Made by a program: the position numbers and the translations under genes. Source: Candidatus Multivoradales bacterium (GTDB lineage: Bacteria > Acidobacteriota > Thermoanaerobaculia > Multivoradales > J023). From it: a stretch of 64,000 nucleotides of DNA. This document shows, piece after piece, positions 53,981 through 64,000 of the stretch (position 1 is its first letter; the number at the start of each line of letters is the position of its first letter). The stretch lies in contig CBDFNS010000019.1 in NCBI GenBank assembly GCA_965250305.1, positions 326,088-390,087 on the forward strand, in the 5' to 3' direction. Under the pieces are notes generated by a model. That model was not told where the DNA came from, ran no database searches, and worked only from the letters and a program-made list of their open reading frames with translations.

Positions 53981-56380
53981 CTATTGGACGTACCCTAGGC
54001 TGCGCAGACGCTCGAGCTCTTCGGCGTCGACCTCGCTGGCGTCGGCGTTGGCATCCAAGCGCTCATTCGCAACCTTTTCGCGCCAACTGTCGAGAACCCC
54101 GGCCAACCGCTCAACGACGTCCGTTTGCGCTTCGGCCAAGTTGGTGGTGGCGGCACGGTCGGTAGGCCAGGCATACAACTCATACTCGGGCGTGCCCTCG
54201 TCGGCCACCGTGTTGTGAATCAGTTTGTATCCGTCGAAGATGACCGAGAATGCTTCGGTACGGCGTGGGGTGGGTCCAAGGTTTTGGATCGCCGGCTTGA
54301 CCGAGAACACCGGCAGCGGCCGCGGGGCTTGCCCAGTGGCTCCGCCGACAGCGTGATCGATCAGCGGACGCAGGCTGCGGCCCTGGAGCGACGCCGGGCG
54401 CTCAATCCCAGCGAGATCGAGCAAGGTGGGCATGATGTCGATGTTTTGGACCGGCGCGCCGATCTCGACGCCGCGCGGCACCCCATCGCCCCAGAAAATC
54501 AGCGGCACATGGGTCAGCTCCTCGTACAGCCCTTGGCCGTGGTAGGTCCGGCCGTGTTGGAGGAACTCCTCACCGTGGTCGCTGCCCACCGCCACTAGGG
54601 TCGATTGGTCCAAACCCGTCGACTCGAGATGACCGATCAACCGTGCGATCTGCTCGTCGGAGCCGAGCACCGAACCGTCGTACCAGCCTTGCCAGACCTG
54701 GGCGAAGGCATCGGGGTCGGCACCCGCAAGGCGCAGTTGCTGGGTGGTCGGCATGCCGATGGCCTTCATCAGCGGATCGTCGATGAACTGGCGCACCTCG
54801 CCATGCACCCGCCGATGCTCGGCGAGCATGCCGGCATCGACCCATTTTTCGGCGTGGGGCTCTTTCTCGTACGGATAGTGTGGGTCGTAAAGGTGTAGGA
54901 ACACAAAGACTGGCACATCACGATGTCGATCCAACCACGGCAGAAGCCGTTCGATATAGGCCTCGGCGGTCTTCGACGATGGCTGCACTTGCAGCGACGC
55001 GGCTTCGTGTAGGGTTTCGAAACCCTGGTGCAAGTTGGAAAAACGGCCCGTGAAGTAGACCGATGACATCGAGAGGGTAGCGTAGCCGGCGTCGCGGAAC
55101 GACTCCGCCAAGGTCGCCGCTGCCGCCGGCAGTCGGCTCTCGAACTCGAGAACACCGTGGGTGGTCGGAAACAAAGAGGTCAACATCGACGCTACGGACG
55201 GTTTCGTCCAGGTCGCCTCTGCCTGAGCGCCTGAGAAATGCACGCCTTCCTGCGCGAGGCGGGTGAGCGTTGGCCCTGTTTCGCGGTGGTAACCATAGAG
55301 ATCGAGGTATTGAGCACCCAGCGTGTCGACGACGGTGAAAATGACACTCGACCGCCCGCCGTTCTCGTCGGCCCGACGGTTGTAGATCGAGGGCGCGCCC
55401 CATAGGGCGAGATTGCCCGATTGATCGGCTACGGTCTCGAGCCGCAGGGTAATTCGCTGGCCAGCGAATCGGACGAGATCGATGGTTTCCTCTTGCCAGG
55501 CCAGCGGCGTTTCGACCCTGCGCTCGAGCAGCACCTGCTCATCGCCACTCTCGACGGTGGCGATCACCCGAAACGTCACGGCATCGTCGGCCATGGTGCC
55601 GAGTGCCAGATGCATCTGCGGCCGTGCCGGTAGATCGAGATCGAAACGCAGGGTCTCCGGAGTGCGGGCGACTAGCGTTTCGCGGTAGATCTCGCCGAGG
55701 CCCAACCAGGCGATGCCCGAAGGGATCGACGCCAGGTGACCACGCCGGGTGGTGATGCGCACCGACTCGATCTCGAACGAGGCATCGGCCACATCCGACG
55801 GGCGGATCACCAGGTTGGCCATTTCGGCGGCGGTGATCGTGGCTGGGTAGCGCATCGTGTAGGTGCGCATCTCACCGTCGGCGACCAGCGGGCTGGTCAA
55901 ACTCTGGATGTGCCACACCAGATCCCTGGACTGCGCTGCGAGATGATCCAGCGGTGGCAAAGTGTCGCCGGGCACCAGTCGAAGCCAAAAACTCGAACCC
56001 GCGCTCACCGCCATCCGCACCTCCACCTCGTGCAACTCGTCTTGTGGATCGGTGACACCGCCCCAGTGAATACCGACCACGCCATCGGCATTCACGGTAC
56101 GGCCGCTGAGCCGACTGTTCTCGATCCCGAGACCGCTCACGTGGACGCTGCTCCAGACCTTCGCATCCGGTTGGTCGAAGTGCCATTCGCCGACAACGAT
56201 GTCGGAAGCCGCAGCCGGCGTACCGGTGACGGTCACAGCGTCGAAGCGATCAATCAGGCGGACCGCCGCCGTGGACGCCGGCTTTGGATCGTCCACGACA
56301 TCTGCGCGGTCACAGCCCAAGGCCAGGGCGATCAGCGGAAGGAGGACGAGACGGCGACGGAAGATGGAAGGATGTCTCAT
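53981..56380 (-). CDS. sulfatase-like hydrolase/transferase (alkaline-phosphatase superfamily, Thr-nucleophile type) with a ~330-aa N-terminal extension; lipoprotein signal
   Basis: Lipobox LIALALGCD. The C-terminal half has FTVVDTLGAQYLDLYGY…HFSGAQAEATWTKPSVASMLTSLFP. The TxxPS motif resembles LtaS/EptA-type enzymes rather than CxPxR sulfatases. Metal ligands DHGEE…. Confidence 0.65.
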   Translation of the reverse strand: MRHPSIFRRRLVLLPLIALALGCDRADVVDDPKPASTAAVRLIDRFDAVTVTGTPAAASDIVVGEWHFDQPDAKVWSSVHVSGLGIENSRLSGRTVNADGVVGIHWGGVTDPQDELHEVEVRMAVSAGSSFWLRLVPGDTLPPLDHLAAQSRDLVWHIQSLTSPLVADGEMRTYTMRYPATITAAEMANLVIRPSDVADASFEIESVRITTRRGHLASIPSGIAWLGLGEIYRETLVARTPETLRFDLDLPARPQMHLALGTMADDAVTFRVIATVESGDEQVLLERRVETPLAWQEETIDLVRFAGQRITLRLETVADQSGNLALWGAPSIYNRRADENGGRSSVIFTVVDTLGAQYLDLYGYHRETGPTLTRLAQEGVHFSGAQAEATWTKPSVASMLTSLFPTTHGVLEFESRLPAAAATLAESFRDAGYATLSMSSVYFTGRFSNLHQGFETLHEAASLQVQPSSKTAEAYIERLLPWLDRHRDVPVFVFLHLYDPHYPYEKEPHAEKWVDAGMLAEHRRVHGEVRQFIDDPLMKAIGMPTTQQLRLAGADPDAFAQVWQGWYDGSVLGSDEQIARLIGHLESTGLDQSTLVAVGSDHGEEFLQHGRTYHGQGLYEELTHVPLIFWGDGVPRGVEIGAPVQNIDIMPTLLDLAGIERPASLQGRSLRPLIDHAVGGATGQAPRPLPVFSVKPAIQNLGPTPRRTEAFSVIFDGYKLIHNTVADEGTPEYELYAWPTDRAATTNLAEAQTDVVERLAGVLDSWREKVANERLDANADASEVDAEELERLRSLGYVQ

Positions 56381-57738
56381 GAACCGGATCCTTTGGAAGC
56401 GGTGGAAGCGTCGAGATCGATTGCCAGCAGTACTGGATCGCGGAGGCGATCCCAGGGGATCGAGCGATCCGCGTTGCGCACCCGCAACTGGCTATTGGCA
56501 AGCAGGTAATAGGTGGTATTCGCGACCGCACCGGTGGTGGGTCCATTCATCGCTGGATGGTGGGCGGTGAGCACGTCGAGACGTTCGAGGCGTCGGCCGG
56601 CGCTGTCGAGCTGAATCTGGATCGCCCGTCGCAGGCTCGGCTGGACCGCGATCAGAGTCTCGCTATCGTTGGAAAGGCTGCGGCGCACCAGTCCGTCGAT
56701 ACCTGCCAGCGTCTCGCGGCCGCCGTCGTCGATCCGAACCACGGCACCGGTCGTGAGATCAACGACGCTGAGCCCTTCGAGATGAGCGACGAACAGGCGA
56801 CGACCGTCGATGTCGATGGCCAGGCCATTGAGATAGGACATGTCGGTACGCGAGCCGACCACCGGCGTGAAGGCACCATCTCTTAGCCGCCACACACGAT
56901 CCCCCAGGCTGTCGGTGGCCAGCAGGCTGCCGTCGCGATCGACCACCAGGGCGTTCAGCAGGTGGGGCACACCGTCATCTGGGATCATGACACTCGACAG
57001 TTCGACGCCGGTCTCGAGGTCAAAGCAAGCGACGCCGGTTCGGCCGACCCGAGTCGGGTCGGCAGCGCGGATACCGGGGGCGAAGGCGTGGGCGGCACAA
57101 GCCCGATGGCGCGGTGGGTCGACCGCCAAACCGAGAACGCCGCCGAGCCCGTCGCGGTCGGCGACCAGCACCTCAGCCGTGCCGTCGGCGTGGATGCGGG
57201 TGATCGAGCGGCCGTGGGTGCTGCCGAGCAGCAGGCTGTGGGAGGTGCTGTCCCACGCCACACCTTCGGGATAGGGCACGGTCGCCACGGGCACGGTGAA
57301 CGCCATCACTGCGGTGCCCACTTGCTGAGCCCTGCGCTCGATGGTGGCGCGCAATGGGCCCTGGTCTGGGTCCCGCCAGAAGGTGGCGAAATCCGGCTCA
57401 TCGATCGCCATCCAGGCGCTGCCGAAGGTGGTCGCTTGTTCGAGTGTGCGCCGAGCGGCCTCGTGATTGCCCAGCAGCGCATGAGCCCGCGCCACGTCGT
57501 AGTACAGCTCGGGATGACGTGGCGCGCGCGAGAGCGCTTCCTGAGCGAGGTCGAGGAAGCGAGCATGATCCTCTTCCTGCCGCGCTCGATCGGCGGCACC
57601 CGACAGCGCGGCGGCGGTGGACGTTGGTGTTGTCACCGAAGCTGCCATGGTCGTGGGTGGCACCGGTGCACACGTGGCTACCAGCGCCGCGCCCAACACG
57701 GTGCCGCCGGCGAGAAGGAGGCGAGCATGACGCCGCAT
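56377..57738 (-). CDS. secreted protein with N-terminal TPR-like helices and C-terminal SMP-30/gluconolactonase/LRE-like beta-propeller
   Basis: Signal-like N-terminus MRRHARLLLAGGTVLGAALVATCA. Repeated propeller blades with …DG(S/T)…V(A/V)D…G… patterns. Overlaps the downstream gene by 4 bp. Confidence 0.45.
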   Translation of the reverse strand: MRRHARLLLAGGTVLGAALVATCAPVPPTTMAASVTTPTSTAAALSGAADRARQEEDHARFLDLAQEALSRAPRHPELYYDVARAHALLGNHEAARRTLEQATTFGSAWMAIDEPDFATFWRDPDQGPLRATIERRAQQVGTAVMAFTVPVATVPYPEGVAWDSTSHSLLLGSTHGRSITRIHADGTAEVLVADRDGLGGVLGLAVDPPRHRACAAHAFAPGIRAADPTRVGRTGVACFDLETGVELSSVMIPDDGVPHLLNALVVDRDGSLLATDSLGDRVWRLRDGAFTPVVGSRTDMSYLNGLAIDIDGRRLFVAHLEGLSVVDLTTGAVVRIDDGGRETLAGIDGLVRRSLSNDSETLIAVQPSLRRAIQIQLDSAGRRLERLDVLTAHHPAMNGPTTGAVANTTYYLLANSQLRVRNADRSIPWDRLRDPVLLAIDLDASTASKGSGS

Positions 57739-57743
57739 GGGGC

Positions 57744-59145
57744 TCAGACCGCGGCCTCCGCACCATCCGGATCGTTCACCGTAGCCGGCGTGGCATCGGT
57801 TGGCGAGGCATCAGGCGCCGGTGTATCGGGCAGAGCGTCGGGGATACCGTCTTCCAGGTCACGAAGGCGTGGGTAGAGGACACCGAGACCGATGGTGCCC
57901 AACATCAAGACGCCCATGATCAAGTAGATCAAGCCGATGCCGCGACCCGGGCCGGTGCCCAGGATCGACCCCGCGCTACCGGACAGGGCGCCGCCTTGGG
58001 ACATCATCGGTTCAAACACGCGATCGGCAAGCACGCCGGCCAGGAAATACGAGATCGGCACCGTCACCTGCGAGATCATCCGTTGGGTGGCGAACACACG
58101 GCCGTGAAGCGCTGGCGTCACCTTGACCTGCCACAAGGCGATGGCGCAGCCATTGACGATCGGCACCGTGAAGAAGATCAAGAACACACCAACCGCGATA
58201 GCCGCAATCGACTCCTGAAAACCGGTGACCAGGAAGCCGAGCGAGAACAGCGGCGAGAAGCCCAGAATGCCGAGCATGCGCCGTTTGGGTCCACCCCAAG
58301 CGGTCATCACGAGCGAACCGACCAGCATACCGGCGCTGCTCACAGCCAGCACCAGACCGAGCTGAGCAGGGTCTGCGAACGACAACACCAGCGGTGTGAT
58401 GAGGATGAAAACCGAACCCAAAAAACAGGTTGATGACCGCGAAAAACAGCGTCAAGGCGACGAAGCCGGGACGTTCGAGAATGTAGTCCAGCCCTTCGCG
58501 CACTTGAGACCAAATGGACGGCGGCTTGGCACCGGCAGCGGGCGCGGGAGCAGCTGGGGTAGCCGGGATCGCGACCATCAAAATGGTGCCGACAGCGAAG
58601 AGAAACGTCACCAAATCGATGGCGATCAAACCCTCGATCGCGATCGTGACAAGCAACGCACCAGCGGCCAGCGGTGCCAGGATCCTCCCTGCCGAATGGC
58701 CAAACTGCATCATGCCCGCAGCTTTGCCGAGCTTCTCCTTGGGCACCAACAGGGCGGTGACCGCCATGAAAGCCGGCTGTTGAAACGACATGAAGGTGGC
58801 AGCAAAGGCCGTGATCACGTAGACGTGCCAAACGGCGAGCTGGTCGGCCCACAGCAGGCCAACCAGGGCGACCGTGCCGAGGGCCGCGCCGCTGTCGCTC
58901 AGAACCATCACCCACTTGCGATTCCAGCGGTCGATCAAGGCGCCCGCGATGGGCGCCACCAGCAAGCCGGGGATGGTGCCGAACACCATGATCAGGGTGT
59001 ACTCCGTGACCGAGCCAGTCTTCTGTAGAACCCAAATACTGAGCGCGAAACCGGTCAGACCGGTGCCGAACATCGACACCACCTGACCGAGCCAGAGGAG
59101 ATTGAAGCTGCGCATATTGGTGGTCGGGGCAGTCGTATCGGACAT
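57744..59145 (-). pseudogene. MFS transporter disrupted by a single-base frameshift in a T6/A6 homopolymer at ~58419-58424 (or a sequencing error)
   Basis: N-terminal 377-aa ORF (MSDTTAPTTNMRSFNLLWLGQVVSMFGTGLTGFALSIWVL…VINLFFGF) and C-terminal 225-aa ORF (…SVFILITPLVLSFADPAQLGLVLAVSSAGMLVGSLVMTAWGG…) are the two halves of one 12-14-TM MFS protein. Removing one T from ctgTTTTTTggg restores the frame. Confidence 0.6.
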
Positions 59146-59162
59146 GAATAGGGCCTTTCCGG

Positions 59163-60464
59163 TCAGGGGTTTACCGTTCGGCGGTCAATCTCGGCACTCA
59201 GCGCCGATAGTCGTCGGTCGGGATCGCCCAGCACGGCGGCAACCAGGGCATCGAGCTCCTGCGCCATGCGGACGGCGGTTCGGTCGTCGAAAAGATCCGT
59301 GTCGTATTCGAGAAAGCCGTCGAAGGTGACGCCGTTGTCGTCACGCACGAAGGTCAGGTTGAGTTCGTAGTCAGCGGACTTGCGATCGATCGGCAGCGGT
59401 TCGATCGCCAAGTCGCCGAGCGCAAATGTGTGCCCTGGGACATCGTTGGTCACAAAGGCGACCTGCGCCAGCGGTGGACGCGGCCCCACCGGCGCTGCCA
59501 GGTCCTCGGCCATCCGTGTCAGGGGCCAGTCACGATGCTTGTGCGCCGCCAGGGCGGCCTTGCGCACTCGGACGACCAGCTCTCGAAAGGTCGGATCGTC
59601 GCCGACATGGGCCCGCAGAAGGACCGGCGCCAAGAACCGACCTGGGACGTCGCTGAGTTCGGGACGACGGATGCTGATCGGGGTCAAGACGACTAGATCG
59701 TCCTGACCGCCGGTCCAGCGGTGGAGCAACGGAAAGTACAAGCTCGCCAGCGTTTGGAACAAAGACGCCCCAGCCGCACGGCCAAGAGTCGCGAGGCCTT
59801 TGGCGGCAGCGGCATCGAGGCTCACCGGTACGCGGTCGCCGACACCGCGGCGTACAGCGGGATGGGGGCGGTCTGTCTGTAAGGCGATCTCGTGCGGCAC
59901 CCCGCGAAGATGCTGGCGCCAGAAGGTGCGGTGGTGATCCCACGAGCCGTCCTCGATCCGCTGCCGCTGCCAATGGCCGAAATCACCGTAGTGCAGTGAG
60001 GGTGGCGGTCGGTCGACCTCAAAGCCTGCGCAGAAGCCGTGGTAGAGGTTTTCCAGCTCGCCGAACAGGATCGCTGAGGTCTGGCCGTCGTAGAGCAGGC
60101 GATGAACAGTGCGGATCAGCCCCCACTCGTCATCGGTGAGGCGCAGCAACTCGAGATGGAAGAACGGGCCGCGTTCCAGCTCGATCGGCTCGTAGTACAC
60201 CGCCAAGGAACGACGCACCAACTCAGCCTCCCGCTGCTCGGGAGTCAGCGCGCGGAGATCGACGACCGGCAATGTCTGATGCCACGACTCGTGAACGCGT
60301 TGGGTCCAGCGACCATCCGATTGCACGAAGGTGGTACGCAGAATTTCATGGCGAGCGATCAGACTTGTGAAGGCCCGGCGCATGGCGTCTAGATGGAGAC
60401 GGCCACGGCCGCGATAGGTAGCGGCCGCCTTGAACGGATGGCGGCCCGGGCGGGGACGCGCCAT
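59163..60464 (-). CDS. NRPS condensation (C) domain protein
   Basis: 433 aa. …[12 protein letters not shown]… and the active-site-like HRLLYDG (HHxxxDG variant). Typical C-domain length. A canonical C-domain N-terminus (SLQEEYCQL ~ SFAQQRLWFL) continues upstream in the same frame to a TGA at 60561-60563. Confidence 0.75.
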   Translation of the reverse strand: MARPRPGRHPFKAAATYRGRGRLHLDAMRRAFTSLIARHEILRTTFVQSDGRWTQRVHESWHQTLPVVDLRALTPEQREAELVRRSLAVYYEPIELERGPFFHLELLRLTDDEWGLIRTVHRLLYDGQTSAILFGELENLYHGFCAGFEVDRPPPSLHYGDFGHWQRQRIEDGSWDHHRTFWRQHLRGVPHEIALQTDRPHPAVRRGVGDRVPVSLDAAAAKGLATLGRAAGASLFQTLASLYFPLLHRWTGGQDDLVVLTPISIRRPELSDVPGRFLAPVLLRAHVGDDPTFRELVVRVRKAALAAHKHRDWPLTRMAEDLAAPVGPRPPLAQVAFVTNDVPGHTFALGDLAIEPLPIDRKSADYELNLTFVRDDNGVTFDGFLEYDTDLFDDRTAVRMAQELDALVAAVLGDPDRRLSALSAEIDRRTVNP

Positions 60465-61165
60465 GAGCTGGCAGTACTCTTCTTGAAGGGAGCTGGCCGG
60501 GCAGCGGGGCGGCCGGTGCGCGGTACGGACGTGACCGGCGGGTCCGCCTGGGGGCCTGAATCATCGGTCGCCGCCAGTGCCGCGGCCAACCCGGCGACAG
60601 TGGGGGCGGCGAACAGCGCGTCGAGTTCGAGCGACCGGGCGTGGCTGCGCTTGATCTGATCGAGCAAACGTACCGCCATCAACGAATGGCCCCCGAGCTC
60701 AAAGAAATCGTTCGTGCCGGCCGACCGGTTCGATCGCGAACGCCGCCTGCCACTGGTCGGCCAACGCCCTGTTCCAGGTCGCTGGCCGGCGCTTGGTAGT
60801 CGTTGCGCAAGGCCGGGCGCGGGTGGCGACCACTGGGTACCTGCGTCACCGGTGCTTGCGGGTCGACGGTGGTGGCGACCGACGGCGCGCCGTCGGTCGC
60901 GTCCGGGCCGTGGTCCTGTGCCGGGACCCGGCACCTCGAGACGGGTCGCCGACCATGGCGTGGATCGGCAGCGCCGACTCGATCCAGAATCGCTGACGCT
61001 CGAAGGGATAAGTGGGCAACGGGCACGCGATAGCGCATTTGATCACCGTGAAAGGCACGCCAGTCGATCTTCGCGCCGGCCAACCACAGCTCGCCGAGCC
61101 CTTCGAGCAAGTGGACCAGATCGTCTCCGCCACGCGACGGATGCGGCAGCGTGGTCGCGACATCG
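60465..61165 (-). pseudogene. post-AT linker and carrier (PCP/ACP) domain region split across three reading frames by at least 4 frameshifts
   Basis: The …IDWRAFHGD… motif is in frame a. …[15 protein letters not shown]… is in frame b. …[18 protein letters not shown]… is in frame b, then (T)[22 protein letters not shown]…[14 protein letters not shown] is in frame c. The following C domain is in yet another frame. Confidence 0.55.
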
Positions 61166-64000
61166 GGACGCTCGAGCGCCCGGCGAGCCAGTGTGGTCAA
61201 GCTGTTGCCCGGCCCAACCTCGAGCAACACCGGCGGCGTACCGTCACTTGCGGTTTCGACCGTGGCGAGGCCATCGGCGAAGCGCACGGTGGCGCGCAGC
61301 TGGTGGGCCCAATAGGCAGGGTCGGTGGCCTGCGCCTCGGTGATCCAGGTACCGGTGACATTCGACACCCACGGAATCGCCGGTGGACGAAGGGTGACCG
61401 GCGATTCACTGGCGCTGAAAACGGCTGCGAAGTCGGCCGCAGCGTCGTCCATCATCGCTGAGTGGAAGGCGTGCGACACATGCAGCCGTCGATGCTCGAT
61501 GCCATCCGTGGCCAGCTCGGCGGCAAAGGCGTCGATCGCCGCCGTTGGCCCGGCCACCGAGCACAACTGCGGGCCGTTGATCGCCGCCAGCTCGACGTTG
61601 CCGGTTGCGTTTGCGGTGCTGCCAGCGAGACGGGCGCCGAGCGACTTGGCGTCGAGCGAGACGCCGAGCATGGCGCCGGGCGCCGCGGCCTGCATGGCGC
61701 GGCCGCGCGCCGCCACCAAGCGCATTGCGTCGTCGAAGTCGACGGTTCCGGCCAGGCAGGCGGCGGTCCACTCGCCGATCGAGTGGCCGAGCAACGCAGC
61801 CGGGCGCACGCCCCACGACAACAACAGGCGACCGATGGCATGCTCGACCGCGAACAGGGCGGGCTGTGTCCAGCGCGTCTCGGTCAAGCATGCGGCCAGG
61901 TCTCCTGGGGCCTGATCGTTGGCTGGCGCGATCACGCCCAATACGGTCCGCAAGTCGCCATCCAGCAGAGGCACCAGAGCGTCTGCGGCGCGGTCGATCC
62001 AGCGGCGCACCTCGGATTCGTCGGCGTACAAACGGCGCGCCATACCGGGATACTGCGCGCCTTGACCCGGGAACAAGAACACCACGGGGCGGGGGTGGCC
62101 GTCGTGGACCGCGCTGCGCAGGCGACCCGGCGCTGCACCGCGCAAGGCGTCTACGGCATCGGCGCCCGAGGTCGCGACCACAATTCGGCGGTGGGCCATC
62201 TCACGCCGGCCGAGTTGCAGCGTGTAGGCGACGTCAGCGAGTGATGTCTCGGGGTTCGCCTGCAGGTGATCGGCCAGGCGCGTGGTGGCGCGGTCGAGCG
62301 CCGAGCGGACGCGCGCTGAGAGCACCAGCAACTCGGCCCGCCGGCCTGGGCCGGACGGCGAACGTGCGCCGGGTTGCTCGAGAATCACATGAGCATTGGT
62401 TCCGCCGAGCCCGAAGGAGCTAAGCCCAGCCCGGCGTGGCCCGCCGTCCGGCTGCCAGTCTACGCCTTCGGGTACCAGCGTCAGGCCCTTGTCGTCGAGC
62501 CGCAAGGCCGGGTTAGGCACGGCGCAATGCAAGCTGGGCGGGATGTGACCGTTCTCCAGAACAAGCGCGGTCTTGATCAGGCCGGCGACGCCGGCGGCGG
62601 TGTCGAGGTGGCCGATGTTGCTCTTGACGGCGCCCAACCGAAGTGGGTTTGTGCGCCCCCTGGTGTCGTACGCCTGCTGCAACGCTTCGACTTCGATGGC
62701 GTCACCCAAGGCCGTGCCAGTACCGTGGGTCTCGACGAAACCCACCGTGGCCGGTTTGATCTCGGCACGCGCCAGGGCTTGACGGATCGCCCGTGCCTGG
62801 CCTTCGATGGCGGGGGCGGTGTACCCCACCTTGTGCCCGCCGTCGTTGGATACGGCCGTGCCGAGCACGACCGCGTGGATCCGGTCGCCGTCCGCCAAGG
62901 CGTCGTCGAGTCGGCGCAGCACCACCACGCCGACGCCGCTGCCCGGCACGGTACCGGCGGCATCAGCGGCGAACGCCCGGCAGTGGCCGTCGGGCGAGAA
63001 GATGCCACCAGCCTCCACCACCTGCGCCGAGGTCTGGGGCACTGGGATGGTTACGCCGCCCACCAACGCCAGGTCACACTCGCCGTCGAGCAGCGCGCGG
63101 CAGGCGACATGGGCGGCCACCAACGAGGTGGAGCACGCCGACTGTACGGCGAAGCTCGGCCCGCGCAAGCCCAGCTTGTACGACACCCGCGTGGGCAGGA
63201 AGTCCTTGTCGTTCCCGATCATGGTTTGCGCGATACCGGATTCCAGCAGCAGGTTGGGCCGGCCCCACAGGTTGTTAAACAGGTAGGCGTTGCGGCCGCA
63301 GCCGGCGAACACGCCGATCAGACCCGGGAAACGGGCCGGATCGTGGCCGGCACGTTCCAGCGCCTCCCACGACACCTCGAGGAAATGGCGATGCTGGGGG
63401 TCGAGCAGCTCGGCTTCGCGCGGGTGGAACCCGAAGTGGGCGGCATCGAAGTACTCGACGCCGTAACCGTTGGTTGGTTCGGTGGCCGGATCGACACCGT
63501 TACGGCTCGCCAGCACACCCTTGGCCTTCACCATGCCCGCCTGGGCCAGGGCCTCGGTGCAATAGCCAACCGCTTCCAGCTCGTCGTCGCCAAAGGTGGT
63601 GATCGCTTCGACGCCCGCACACAAGTTGCGCCAGAAGGTGTCCACGTCGGGCGCTTCGGGAAAGCGTCCGGCCATGCCAACGATGGCAATCTCGGTGACC
63701 GTCTGGTCCCGCCGGACGGGCGTCTTGTGCCCCTGCTCTTCCGTCGCGGGCGCACCTTCGCCGGCCAGACCGCGGGCCAGTGCGTCGATGGTCGGGAAGC
63801 GAAAAAAGTCGAGGGTCGGAATCTCGCGACCGAAGGCGTCCTCGAGCAGTCCCTGTACCTTCAAGACCAGCAGCGAGTGGGCGCCGAGGTCGAAGACGTT
63901 GTCGAAGATGCCGATCTGCTCGCGCTCCAGCACCGTGCACCAAGCGTCGGCGATCACCGTTTCGGCGCGGTCGCGCGGTGGCGCGAAGCGGGCGCGCTCG
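61090..64000 (-). CDS. polyketide synthase module (N-terminal carrier domain, KS and AT); 5' part lies beyond the window end
   Basis: N-terminal carrier FDNVFDLGAHSLL. KS: IAIVGMAGRFPEAPDVDTFWRNL, active-site AVQSACSTSLVAAHVA, HGTGT/GH motifs (VETHGTGTALGD, NIGHLDTAAG). AT: LLGHSIGEWTAACLAG, AFHS. The GTG at 63957 is unlikely to be the true start, because a carrier domain normally follows an upstream module. Confidence 0.85.

Overview
This is high-GC (~65-70%) bacterial chromosomal DNA. Long co-directional gene strings and two large duplicated FtsX permeases (Acidobacteria-type "ADOP") suggest an Acidobacteria-like soil bacterium, but that is inference only. Most of the window is housekeeping and accessory metabolism: metH, uvrB, hfq-miaA, comEC, birA, rsmD, trmL, icmF, phhB, a bacterial Elp3 homologue, a MATE exporter and an HlyD plus two ABC-ATPase operon. 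Five regions need a second look. (1) A hybrid PKS/NRPS locus runs off the right edge: carrier-KS-AT, a carrier domain split over three reading frames, a stand-alone condensation domain, and an MFS exporter with a homopolymer frameshift. (2) A signalling cluster has two FHA-GAF proteins (a histidine kinase and a PP2C phosphatase) next to a STAS anti-sigma antagonist, with the kinase gene overlapping an FMN alpha-hydroxy-acid oxidase gene. (3) A response regulator carries eleven 15-bp in-frame tandem repeats. (4) A decayed ECF sigma factor gene sits beside a lower-GC islet. (5) Two further low-GC islets encode small secreted or hypothetical proteins. No rRNA, tRNA, CRISPR or transposase was recognised by eye.
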